51,891 nt of DNA from Polyangiaceae bacterium. Its GTDB lineage: Bacteria > Myxococcota_A > Polyangia > Polyangiales > Polyangiaceae. The stretch lies in contig DAONZA010000008.1 in the NCBI GenBank assembly GCA_035414525.1, forward strand, positions 1-51,891. The letters are read 5' to 3'. The notes beneath the pieces are model-generated. The model was given only the letters and a program-made list of their open reading frames with translations, searched no databases and was not told where the DNA came from. The position numbers and the translations under genes were made by a program. Within the stretch, counting starts at the first letter, position 1. Every line of letters starts with the position of its first letter. This document shows positions 1 to 9,005 of the stretch, in pieces.

Positions 1-37
1 TACCAATTTATTTCCATAAATAAGCGGAACGTGCTTC

Positions 38-3000
38 GTGGCTGTAGTACTAGGTTGGACGACGAGTGTGTGGGCGCAATCGCTCACCATCAACGGTGCG
101 GTGACGACGAATACATGCCCTGGAGGGACGGTGCGTGATGGCGGCAGGGCATGCCAGTATGGGGGAACGCATACGTTCGATGCGATCACGCTCATCAACG
201 GCGCTGTCGTTTACGTTGCGCCATTCAACGGTTCGGACAAAAACGCGACGGGAAATCTGGTATTCAAGAGCAAGAGCACGATTCGCATCGATGCGACTTC
301 TCGAATCACGGCGAAGGGGGCGGGATATCAGAAGAAGCTATGTGACAACGGCAGCGGGCCCACGGCGACAGCCGGAGGAAGAGGCGGGTGTGCGGTCAAG
401 GATTCTGGTGGTGGGGGAGCGCATAGGGGACGAGGGGGGCAGGGAACCAAGGATTGTTTCGTGTATGGCAACAGCCAGACCTGTCAATTTCCGCAAGAAT
501 GGGAGGAAAATTGCGGCTATTTGGCACCTTCGGGAACCAGTTGCGTGTACGCCGATGGGTTGAACGGAGCGCATAATTGTTCCAATCCCAACTACACCTG
601 CGCAAATTGCGACGGCGATCCATCGGTTGCCGGCGAGCCTTACTATCACCATATCTTGCAGCCTGAATTCGGGGCATCCGGGGGTGATAAGGGATGCGCG
701 GACGGTTGGGATGGCAGTGTTCGCTCGGGAAGTGGCGGGGGCCGGATCGTGCTTTTTGCCGCAAACGACAATCAATCCGGCGAATTAATCCTCGAGGGGC
801 GTGTGGTGGCTCATGGTGAGCGGGGCTGTGCTTCGGGCAATGATTCCGCGGGTGGCGGCGCGGGAGGAACCATCTTGCTCGTGGGAGATCATGTGGACAT
901 CCGAGCTACCGCGCGAATTCTTGCCCATGGGGGAAGAGGCGGAGATTCTCAACCCAAATGTCTGCCGTGTACGACGAATGCGAATTGCGAGTCGGGGCAG
1001 ACTTGTGTGCAAGGACGCTGTTCGCCCTGCAATTGCACGCCCTGTCAGCCGCCGTCCAACACTTGTCCAGCCGGATATCCGTGCAAAAACCTCGGTGGAG
1101 CGTTGGGCAATGTATGTGTCAATGCGGCGGGCACTTGTGATCCCTATGATCCTGGGGAAAATGAGGCAGAGTGCGCGGGGACGCAAAACTCTGGAACGTG
1201 CGATGATTGCGCCGGCGGAGGAGGCGGAGGAATCATCAACGTGCAATCCCGTGTTGCCTCCATCGATCCCAAGGCATTCTTTGACGTTCGAGGAGGGCAA
1301 GGGGGAATCTGCCCCATTTGCGCAGGGGAAGCGGGGGCTGGATCGGGGGAATTGCAGCTCGATGGTGCCTATCTTGGGGAGGTCTGCGACGGTTTCGACA
1401 ATGACTTCAATGGTCTCATCGATGACGGTCTTGGGGAGCTGAAATGCGCGGGGGGAAAGACCATTCCGGCATGTATCAATGGCATTCCACAGCAATGTCC
1501 CGCTGACCACCCAGCGTGTGTGCTTCCCGTCACGGACACGCGACCTCGTTTCGTGGTGGTGCTGGATACATCGGGCTCGATGCTGACCGATATCCGCGGT
1601 GTTCCCACCTTTGGCGATGGTTCCCCAAACCATTCGGGGGTGGATACCGCGAGTGATCCGGACCTCATCGACGGCAACAATTCGCGTCTGTTCACGGCCA
1701 AGCGAGCGCTGACGCAAGTCTTGTCTGCCTTTCCTCACGCCGATTATGCGTTGGCTCGCTATCACCAGGACGTTGGTTTGAATCGTAGTTGTCAGACAGC
1801 TTCATGGTTCGAATGTCAAAACAACTGCTGTAGTTATGACGATCCGAGAAATAATGTCCCGCCGGCTTTCGAGTGGATTCCCGCTTGCGTGCTGCCCACG
1901 ATCTATCCTGGGGCCGGGTATCCATCGGCGCTTTCCTCCAACATCAACATCGGTTGGACGAGTCAAAATGACTGCATCAACTACGCCGGTTCCTGCGGCA
2001 TACCTCGTCGCGGTGCCGATATTCTCGTGGGGTTCGATGCGCCGTTGGAGCAGCACTTGATGTGGCTCGACGGTCGGGAAACGGCTTTCAATCCCAGTAC
2101 GGTACCGGCAGATCATTGTGCTTTCGGTGCCGGAGGAGACTGCGAGATTCGCGCCACCGGACCCACGCCTCTCGCGGGTTCCCTGCATGCGGTGCATGAT
2201 TACCTCACTCCCATCGTGGCCTGTGATGGCGCGATTCCTTGCAGAAAATACTCGGTCATTCTTCTGACGGATGGCGCCGAGAGCTGCCAGGGAAACCCGG
2301 TCGCCGCTGCCCAAAACTTGCGAACTCTCGACCCCAGAACGTCTGTCGATACGTTCGTCGTGGGCTTCAGCGTGTTGCCTGAAGAAGAGAGCCAATTGAA
2401 TGCCATTGCCCATGCCGGCGGCACCAACAAAGCCTTCCTCGTGGGAAGCGAAAGCGCTCTTGCCAATGCGCTTGCCTCCATCATCGCTGCTTCTTCCGTC
2501 TATGAGCTGTGCAATGACCTCGATGACGATTGTGACGGTTTGATCGATGAGGACTTTCCTGAAAAAGGAATGGCCTGTCACGACAGCGGTTTAGGAGTTT
2601 GCCAAGGAACGGGAATCCGCGTTTGCAATGCCACGACAGACGGAACCGTATGTATGATCACGAATCCGGGAGCAAGTCCGACTCCCGAAATATGCAACGG
2701 GCTCGACGATGATTGTGATGGCCTCATCGACGAGGACGGGGTTTGTGACACGTGTATTCCGATGTCGGAAGTGTGCAATGGCAAGGATGACAATTGCAAC
2801 AGCATCGTGGATGACGATCCGATCGATGTGGGGGTAGCGTGTGGGTATTCGTTGGGGGAGTGCGTGCCTGGCAAAACGAAATGCGTCAATGGCGTACTCA
2901 TCTGTGATGGGGAAGTGGGGCCGCATCCGGAGGTCTGTGATGGGCTCGACAACGATTGCGATGGGGTGGTCGATGGGATGACGCGCCTATGTTACACGGG

Positions 3001-4216
3001 TGCGGCGGGAACGCAGGGCGTTGGGATCTGTCGCGCGGGCTCCGAAGCTTGTATCGCGGTGCAAGGCAGTGGTGTCGAAGCCTGGGGAGCATGCATCGGA
3101 CAGATCACACCGGCTTCGGAGATCTGTGATGGGCTCGACAACGATTGCAACGGTTTGGTTGACGACCGCGTGCCCGATGGTTTGGGTCACTTCACTGGAG
3201 ACCCCTGCTGTGCTCATGGTTCCAAATGTGGCACGGGTGAATGCACCGAAGGGGTCTACGTCTGCGCGGGTTCGCAGGTGGTTTGCGATGGTGGAAAGGG
3301 ACCATCGATGGAACTGTGCGACCATCTCGACAACGATTGCAATGGGGCGATCGATGACGTGCCTGGCATCGGAACCGCGTGTATTTTGCCCAGTGGATGT
3401 GCGGGAGAGCTTGCGTGTGATTACGCAACGGGTGGGCTTGCTTGCGTGTCGCCTACCATTCCGGTGTTGGAGATATGCAACGGAATCGACGACGATTGTG
3501 ATGGGCAAGTGGATGAAGAGCCCGAGGTAGCGCAAAACGATTCTCGCGTGGGGGTAGCGTGCAAGGTACCGGAGCCTCCTCATGACAAGCCGCCGTGCAA
3601 AGCAGGTATCACGGTATGCCGCAACGGCGTCATTGTGTGCGAGGGAGCTATCGAACCAGAGCCGGAAATCTGTGATGGGATAGATAACGATTGCGATGGA
3701 ATTCCTGATCAACCCGATCCTTGTCCAGGGGATACGGTATGCGATCAAGGAATATGCGTGGCTCCTTGTGGTTCCGGGGAGTTCCCCTGTCCAGGCGGGT
3801 TTTCTTGTGTCGATGGCTATTGTGTTCCCAATTCATCGTTGGACGCGGGAACGGGGGGCTCTGGAGGGACCGCGGGAGCGGGAGGTTCTGGGGGAAGTTC
3901 GGTGGATGCAGGAGATGATGGCGCCTTGGCCGATGGCGCCATCCATGATTCGAGTATGGGAGGCAGCGGTGGAACCACGGGTATGGGTGGTATGGCAGGA
4001 AACAATCCGGATGCTTCTGCCGCGGGTACGGGAGGGAAGGGGTCTGGGCCCCCACCCGAAAACTACGGACTTACCACCGGCGGCGGAGGAATTGCCTGCG
4101 GAATTGCTGTTCCGAAGACGAATCGTCGATGGCTTATGCTCGGTGCCTTGGGCTTGGTTGCCCTGGCCGTGCGCCGTTCACGACGAGAGGCTTTCGGTCA
4201 AGGAGGGTGGCGATGA
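38..4216 (+). CDS. Very large secreted Cys-rich repeat protein. Regions: an N-terminal Gly-rich beta-helix-like region, a vWA domain, 9 MopE/TIGR02232-type repeats (CDGxDNDCDGxxDE), a Gly/Ser-rich linker and a MYXO-CTERM-like sorting tail
   Basis: 1392-aa ORF. Its only in-frame start in the window is GTG at 38, which follows an in-frame stop at 17-19. The N-terminus is a short hydrophobic stretch. A MIDAS-like motif FVVVLDTSGSM ... VILLTDGAE marks the vWA domain. Nine copies of C(N/D)GxD(D/N)DC(D/N)GxxD(E/D) are present. The C-terminus reads GGGGIACGIAVPKTNRRWLMLGALGLVALAVRRSRRE: Gly/Cys, then a hydrophobic span, then Arg-rich, which is the MYXO-CTERM pattern. A TGA/ATG overlap (ATGA at 4213-4216) couples it to the next gene. 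Confidence 0.8.
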   Translation: MAVVLGWTTSVWAQSLTINGAVTTNTCPGGTVRDGGRACQYGGTHTFDAITLINGAVVYVAPFNGSDKNATGNLVFKSKSTIRIDATSRITAKGAGYQKKLCDNGSGPTATAGGRGGCAVKDSGGGGAHRGRGGQGTKDCFVYGNSQTCQFPQEWEENCGYLAPSGTSCVYADGLNGAHNCSNPNYTCANCDGDPSVAGEPYYHHILQPEFGASGGDKGCADGWDGSVRSGSGGGRIVLFAANDNQSGELILEGRVVAHGERGCASGNDSAGGGAGGTILLVGDHVDIRATARILAHGGRGGDSQPKCLPCTTNANCESGQTCVQGRCSPCNCTPCQPPSNTCPAGYPCKNLGGALGNVCVNAAGTCDPYDPGENEAECAGTQNSGTCDDCAGGGGGGIINVQSRVASIDPKAFFDVRGGQGGICPICAGEAGAGSGELQLDGAYLGEVCDGFDNDFNGLIDDGLGELKCAGGKTIPACINGIPQQCPADHPACVLPVTDTRPRFVVVLDTSGSMLTDIRGVPTFGDGSPNHSGVDTASDPDLIDGNNSRLFTAKRALTQVLSAFPHADYALARYHQDVGLNRSCQTASWFECQNNCCSYDDPRNNVPPAFEWIPACVLPTIYPGAGYPSALSSNINIGWTSQNDCINYAGSCGIPRRGADILVGFDAPLEQHLMWLDGRETAFNPSTVPADHCAFGAGGDCEIRATGPTPLAGSLHAVHDYLTPIVACDGAIPCRKYSVILLTDGAESCQGNPVAAAQNLRTLDPRTSVDTFVVGFSVLPEEESQLNAIAHAGGTNKAFLVGSESALANALASIIAASSVYELCNDLDDDCDGLIDEDFPEKGMACHDSGLGVCQGTGIRVCNATTDGTVCMITNPGASPTPEICNGLDDDCDGLIDEDGVCDTCIPMSEVCNGKDDNCNSIVDDDPIDVGVACGYSLGECVPGKTKCVNGVLICDGEVGPHPEVCDGLDNDCDGVVDGMTRLCYTGAAGTQGVGICRAGSEACIAVQGSGVEAWGACIGQITPASEICDGLDNDCNGLVDDRVPDGLGHFTGDPCCAHGSKCGTGECTEGVYVCAGSQVVCDGGKGPSMELCDHLDNDCNGAIDDVPGIGTACILPSGCAGELACDYATGGLACVSPTIPVLEICNGIDDDCDGQVDEEPEVAQNDSRVGVACKVPEPPHDKPPCKAGITVCRNGVIVCEGAIEPEPEICDGIDNDCDGIPDQPDPCPGDTVCDQGICVAPCGSGEFPCPGGFSCVDGYCVPNSSLDAGTGGSGGTAGAGGSGGSSVDAGDDGALADGAIHDSSMGGSGGTTGMGGMAGNNPDASAAGTGGKGSGPPPENYGLTTGGGGIACGIAVPKTNRRWLMLGALGLVALAVRRSRREAFGQGGWR

Positions 4217-6372
4217 GCCTTGATTTGCGCATGGGTGAGGCCGCCTTACTCGCCGTCTTGGTTGGTTTGAATACTGGTTGTTCCAACGAAGCGTATTGCT
4301 ACACCTGCGGTGATCACGATTCATCGGCGGAATCTGGGGTGGCTGGCTCTTCGGGAACCGGCGGATCTGGTGGTTCCGATGGCGGTGTGTTCTACCCGGA
4401 AACAGGACAGCCGGAGTCGTCGCTCGAAGGGGGCGATGAGCTTTCGGATGGCGCTCCGTGCCAAGCGGACACGCAAAATGACCCGCTCAATTGTGGAGCT
4501 TGCGGCTTCGTATGCGACCTTTTCGGAGCCTTTCCAAAATGCGAGCAAGGGATTTGCAAAATCGATTCGTGCGCCCCGAACTTCTACGATATCAACGGTA
4601 TCGACTCGGACGGATGCGAGTATCCGTGTACGATGACCAACGGCGGCGTTGAGATTTGCGATACCAAGGACAACGATTGCAACGGACTCATCGATGAGGG
4701 CTTCGATCTATCGAAAGACCCGAAAAACTGCGGCGGATGCGGTATTGTTTGCGACCTTCCGAACGCTACGGCGCGCTGTGATGACTCGGGCGCGTTTCCC
4801 ACATGTGCCATTGACCAATGCGATCCGGGGTATGCGGACATCGATGGGCTAGCAAGCTCAGGCTGTGAATACGCCTGCCCCGTGTTTCCGATTCAGCCCG
4901 AGCAATGCAATGCGGTTGACGATAATTGCGATGGCAGGATCAACGAAGGCAATCCAGGGGGAGGGGAGCCTTGCGAAGAGACCTGTCCGAATGGCGAATG
5001 CAAAGGGCAATGTACGCCGGGAACGACCACGTGTGTGGGAACGAAATTGGTTTGTGTGCCCGGTGTCGGACCAAGCCTCGAAGTATGCGACGGAATCGAC
5101 AACGACTGTGATGGCGAGGTTGATGAAGGGTTCGACTTGATGAACGACCCCGCGCATTGTGGCCAATGCAATCATGCCTGTGTGATGGACAATGCCATCG
5201 GCGGCTGCGTACAAGGAAAATGTGTGATTAGCGCGTGCTTGCCGGGCTTCGCATCCATCAATGGCAATGACTCGGATGGCTGTGAGTACAAGTGCCCCGT
5301 GTATCCCACCGCCCCTGAGGTCTGCAATGGGATGGATGATGATTGCAATGGCGTTGTGGATGATCCCATCGTAGTGGCAGCGCAGAAGCCAGATGGCAAG
5401 TTCTGCAATCCACAGCCCTTATTGCCCAATCCCTGTAAGGGAACGGACTTCGTTTGCACGGGAAAAACGGGATGGCGCTGCAATTACGGACCCGAGGTCG
5501 AGGTCGATGGCCAGGGCAAAGTCGTGTTGGTGGAGACGCGTTGTGACGGTAAGGATGGCAATTGCAATGGTCAGGTAGATGAATCTTGGCCGGACCTGGG
5601 TTCGGAATGTGACAACGGCGAGCATGGTGCCTGTCGAGATGTGGGGATTCGCATCTGCGATCCAAACGACAACACAAAAACGACCTGCGATCTGAGTCCG
5701 TTGCCTGATCCGGACCCATCGGCGCCGCGGGCGGAAACCTGTAATGGGGTGGATGACGACTGCAACGGGCAGGTCGATGATGGGATCGTCGATGACATGG
5801 TGGAGGTGAAGGTAGGGGCGCTTCACTTTTTCATCGACCGTTTCGAGGCGTCGCGTCCAGACGCTACGGCCACCGACCCCGGCTGGATGGAAACCCGTAG
5901 ATGTGTAAATAGTGGTGTATATCCATGGACTTACGCCAATTATGCCGAGGCCGAAGCCGCTTGCGCAAAGACGGGACACCGATTGTGTACCGCGCAGGAA
6001 TATCGAGTGGCGTGTGAGAGTGCGGCGGGGCATCTATACCCTTACGGCAACGTTTACGAGCCGATGACGTGCAATGGGCTTGATTATGATGGGGTGCCTG
6101 GAGGGGCGAATGACAACGTTTTGATTCCGACAGGGAATCTCCTTCAATGTGTGGCGCCAGGTTCGATTTTCGATCTTTCTGGGAATGCGGCGGAATGGAC
6201 AAGCTCGGTGACGTCGAACACCGGACCGCCCACGAACCTGGACATTCATGTGGTCATGGGTGGGTCTTATCAGACGCCAGCTCTTGGTTTGTCCTGCGGT
6301 TTCGATCTCAGCCGGTTTGCGGAAAACGCAATCTTGCCCGAGCTCGGCTTTCGATGCTGCAAAGACCCGTGA
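4213..6372 (+). CDS. Lipoprotein with tandem Cys-rich modules fused to a C-terminal FGE-sulfatase (SUMF1-like, DUF323) domain
   Basis: I place the start at the ATG at 4213, which overlaps the upstream stop. This is preferred over the ORF-track start at 4129 because of the signal and lipobox LLAVLVGLNTGCSNE. Three repeats of about 50 aa (NCGxCGxxC...GxDSDGCEYxC) each alternate with MopE-type repeats (CDTKDNDCNGLIDEG and similar). The C-terminal domain has FGE hallmarks: HFFIDRFEASRPDA ... GNAAEWTSS ... MGGSY ... LGFRCC at the extreme C-terminus. Confidence 0.8.
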   Translation: MSLDLRMGEAALLAVLVGLNTGCSNEAYCYTCGDHDSSAESGVAGSSGTGGSGGSDGGVFYPETGQPESSLEGGDELSDGAPCQADTQNDPLNCGACGFVCDLFGAFPKCEQGICKIDSCAPNFYDINGIDSDGCEYPCTMTNGGVEICDTKDNDCNGLIDEGFDLSKDPKNCGGCGIVCDLPNATARCDDSGAFPTCAIDQCDPGYADIDGLASSGCEYACPVFPIQPEQCNAVDDNCDGRINEGNPGGGEPCEETCPNGECKGQCTPGTTTCVGTKLVCVPGVGPSLEVCDGIDNDCDGEVDEGFDLMNDPAHCGQCNHACVMDNAIGGCVQGKCVISACLPGFASINGNDSDGCEYKCPVYPTAPEVCNGMDDDCNGVVDDPIVVAAQKPDGKFCNPQPLLPNPCKGTDFVCTGKTGWRCNYGPEVEVDGQGKVVLVETRCDGKDGNCNGQVDESWPDLGSECDNGEHGACRDVGIRICDPNDNTKTTCDLSPLPDPDPSAPRAETCNGVDDDCNGQVDDGIVDDMVEVKVGALHFFIDRFEASRPDATATDPGWMETRRCVNSGVYPWTYANYAEAEAACAKTGHRLCTAQEYRVACESAAGHLYPYGNVYEPMTCNGLDYDGVPGGANDNVLIPTGNLLQCVAPGSIFDLSGNAAEWTSSVTSNTGPPTNLDIHVVMGGSYQTPALGLSCGFDLSRFAENAILPELGFRCCKDP

Positions 6373-6464
6373 TATCCTGCCTGCAACAAGAACGATCGGT
6401 TTTGTGGCCAATGCGCTAGGATGCCGTTGGTCATTCGCTCAGCCCTGCGGATTTCATCTCGAAC

Positions 6465-7238
6465 ATGTGCAAATCAATGGCTCAACATCTTTCCCCTCGG
6501 AGCCCCGGGCGTCTGCTGCGAGCAGCACTCTGGGGTATTGTCTTGCTCGTCCCAGGCGTGGCTTTGGCGGCAACCGTCAAAGGTCAGGTCAAGGGGCATA
6601 ACGAACTCATCAATCCGGTTTGGGAGGAGTCCGCGCGACCGGATACCAACCGCTATACGTGGAGGGAGCCTTCGCCCACGGTCCGTTCGGATTATCGAAG
6701 GCTTTTTGGTCTAGCACCGAAGGAACTATGCATTGCGGGGGTGAGCAAAAACAAAGTAGAGCCTCCCAAAGTTCCGATTCTCGTGCTTGTGGGAGGGGGT
6801 CGAACCACACCCGTTACGTTGGTGGTAGCGCCCGGAACACGCCTTCGTTTTCGCAACAACGACCCTTTCAAACACCGTCTTTATGCAGTGAACGAAGCCT
6901 CTTTTTCTCCGGCGGACATCGCGATGGCTGCGGAGCGAGACTGGACGGCGCCGGGACCAGGAACGTATGAGCTTCGCGACGAGCTGGCGCCTAGTCTTCG
7001 CTCTTGGATCGTGGTCAAAGAGGGGGTCGCCTCCATCGGATATCCAAACCGACAAGGACAGTTTTTCCTCACCCTCGAACCTGGTGAATACCAGCTCGAA
7101 TACTTCTTCGCGGGAAAACCGATCGGTACGCCTCGTCCTGTATCCGTGGGAGGGCAGGACCTCGACATCACCCGCGAACCCATCCAAGTTGCCCTTCCCA
7201 AAGACAAAAACGCGTCCGGTGACGCGGAGAAAAAATAG
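6465..7238 (+). CDS. Secreted hypothetical protein, predicted beta-sandwich; no recognisable catalytic motif
   Basis: The N-terminal signal peptide is MAQHLSPRSPGRLLRAALWGIVLLVPGVALA-ATV; an alternative ATG lies at 6477. The ORF ends 10 nt before the next gene, so the two are probably co-transcribed. No motif I can name. Confidence 0.55.
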   Translation: MCKSMAQHLSPRSPGRLLRAALWGIVLLVPGVALAATVKGQVKGHNELINPVWEESARPDTNRYTWREPSPTVRSDYRRLFGLAPKELCIAGVSKNKVEPPKVPILVLVGGGRTTPVTLVVAPGTRLRFRNNDPFKHRLYAVNEASFSPADIAMAAERDWTAPGPGTYELRDELAPSLRSWIVVKEGVASIGYPNRQGQFFLTLEPGEYQLEYFFAGKPIGTPRPVSVGGQDLDITREPIQVALPKDKNASGDAEKK

Positions 7239-7247
7239 GGAGGCCGA

Positions 7248-8975
7248 ATGCTTCTCTCCCGATTTTGGTATCTCATCCTCGCTCTGGCTCTGGGACTTTT
7301 CGCCAGTGGCTTGTACCTCGCCCAGACCGTCTACAACCGCGCTAGCCGCGACTCCATGGAACAAGCACTCTCCGCCGATACCCAAGTCGTCAAGTGGTAT
7401 CTCAATGACGACGCGCGTCGACGCTCGAGTTTGCTGCTCAAGGTTTGTCTCGACGAAACCATTCGAAAAGAACTCCACAAAGCCAGCTCAAAAGACGAAA
7501 AAGTCCCCCAAGACGTTCGGGACCGTACACGCGCGGCACTCAGAAAACTCGTCGACGAAATGCCTGCCGAGTATCAGTTCTCCTCGCTGTTTGCGATTGA
7601 TCAACTCGGACGTGTCATCGGTCAGGTTGGCTTCGATCAAGCTGCTGGAATCGAAAACTTCGATATGGGTGGGTATGCCATCGTTGCCGATGCGCTCCAT
7701 GGTTGGGTACGCGATGATGCATGGGTTTTCGATGACCGTATCTATCTTGTCGTAGCTCGCCCCGTCGAAGTGGATACCGCGCAAATGCCCGCTGGTGCGG
7801 TTGTCGGTCTTCGAATCGTGGACACGAGTTATGCAAAACAATTGTCCAAACGCTCTGGCGCGACGGTTGGCTTTTTCGCGGGCGGTACTGTCAAAGCCAA
7901 AGCATCGCCGGACGGGGTCAGTTCGACACAGCTCGATACGATCGTGGCGGACATCAAAAATCTGGCGCAAGACGATACCTACAAGGAGAAAGGAACGAGC
8001 AAACCCAAAATCCTCATGGACGATATCGGGGTGATTTATTCCAAGATCCCAGGAGAAGCGTGGGACCTGGGGGCCGGTTATGTGGTGGGCCGCTCGGCGA
8101 GTGTCGTCAAAAATCCTTTCGATCTGCTTCAACTTGCCGACGCAAAAGAGAAAAAGAGCCAGCCTTGGTGGATCATCGCTTTGATTGTCGTGCTGGGGGC
8201 TGGACTCGGTCTCGTTTTCTCTCTTTTCGAACACACTCGGCCTCTTCGAATTCTCAAGGCTGAAGCCGAACGCCTGGCCAAGGGCGAGATCGACATGCTT
8301 CAAGTCAGCAAATTCAGAGGATTGTACCGAAAAATCGCAAGCGACCTGAATGATGGGACAGACAAGGTGGCGGCCAAAGGCGGTGTCCCACGAAAAGCCG
8401 CCGACCTCGAATCGGTGCTTGGACCCATCCCAGCTCAGCCCGAAATGAGTGCGTTTTCATTCCCGGTCGATGGCGCTTCCCCGTCCACATCTGGGCCTCT
8501 TCGTGTGCCTCCGCTCCGTGAATCGGCCCCAAAAATGCCCGTGCAAATGCCTGCTCCCAAACCATCACCGGACAGCAAGCCCCAAATGCCGGCTCCAAAG
8601 CCAGACTCACCGAAAATGCCTGCGCCAAAACCGGCCGACGCGATGACTCCCAACCTAGCCCCCTCCGAGGATGATGACGATGCTACCGTCGTTTCCGCGG
8701 TCCCTCCCGAAATCCTCGAAGCCTCCGCGACCGGTGCCCATGCCGCGGTGGAAGAAGCCGGTGAGATCGCCGAATGGCACAACACCTTCGAGGAATTCCT
8801 CCGAACCAAAAAACAATGTGGAGAGCCCACCTCCGGGCTGACCTTCGAAAAGTTTCAGGTCACGCTCCGAAAAAATCGAGAGCAACTCATTGCCAAAACC
8901 AAGTGTAAACGCGTCAAATTCACGGTCTACGTCAAGGATGGGAGGGCTGCCCTCAAAGCTAGCCCCGTTCGATAA
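7248..8975 (+). CDS. Bitopic/polytopic membrane protein. Layout: N-terminal TM, a periplasmic sensor-like region of about 270 aa, a second TM, a HAMP-like amphipathic linker, a Pro-rich PAPKP repeat linker, and a conserved Cys-containing C-terminal domain of about 70 aa
   Basis: TM1 is FWYLILALALGLFASGLYLA. TM2 is WWIIALIVVLGAGLGLVFSLF, followed by RPLRILKAEAERLAKGEID. The Pro-rich repeats read MPAPKPSPDSKPQMPAPKPDSPKMPAPKP. The C-terminus reads EFLRTKKQCGEPTSGLTFEKFQVTLRKNREQLIAKTKCKRVKFTVYVKDGRAALKA, which resembles a myxobacterial paralogous C-terminal module. I cannot name the family with confidence. Confidence 0.7.
   Translation: MLLSRFWYLILALALGLFASGLYLAQTVYNRASRDSMEQALSADTQVVKWYLNDDARRRSSLLLKVCLDETIRKELHKASSKDEKVPQDVRDRTRAALRKLVDEMPAEYQFSSLFAIDQLGRVIGQVGFDQAAGIENFDMGGYAIVADALHGWVRDDAWVFDDRIYLVVARPVEVDTAQMPAGAVVGLRIVDTSYAKQLSKRSGATVGFFAGGTVKAKASPDGVSSTQLDTIVADIKNLAQDDTYKEKGTSKPKILMDDIGVIYSKIPGEAWDLGAGYVVGRSASVVKNPFDLLQLADAKEKKSQPWWIIALIVVLGAGLGLVFSLFEHTRPLRILKAEAERLAKGEIDMLQVSKFRGLYRKIASDLNDGTDKVAAKGGVPRKAADLESVLGPIPAQPEMSAFSFPVDGASPSTSGPLRVPPLRESAPKMPVQMPAPKPSPDSKPQMPAPKPDSPKMPAPKPADAMTPNLAPSEDDDDATVVSAVPPEILEASATGAHAAVEEAGEIAEWHNTFEEFLRTKKQCGEPTSGLTFEKFQVTLRKNREQLIAKTKCKRVKFTVYVKDGRAALKASPVR
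8535..8637 (+). repeat. In-frame proline-rich tandem repeat (M/K)PAPKP(S/D) inside the 7248..8975 CDS
   Basis: Three to four imperfect copies of atgcc(t/g)gc(t/g)ccaaa(a/g)cc, encoding MPAPKP. Such repeats are prone to slippage. Confidence 0.6.
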
Positions 8976-9005
8976 GCAACCCTGGCTCCCCAAAGGAGTG
9001 TCCCC

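Noticed and set aside
785-1765. 326-aa minus-strand ORF and the other nested ORFs between 135 and 4055
   Set aside because: All lie inside or antisense to the 1392-aa Cys-rich repeat protein, whose repeats and vWA motif define the true frame.
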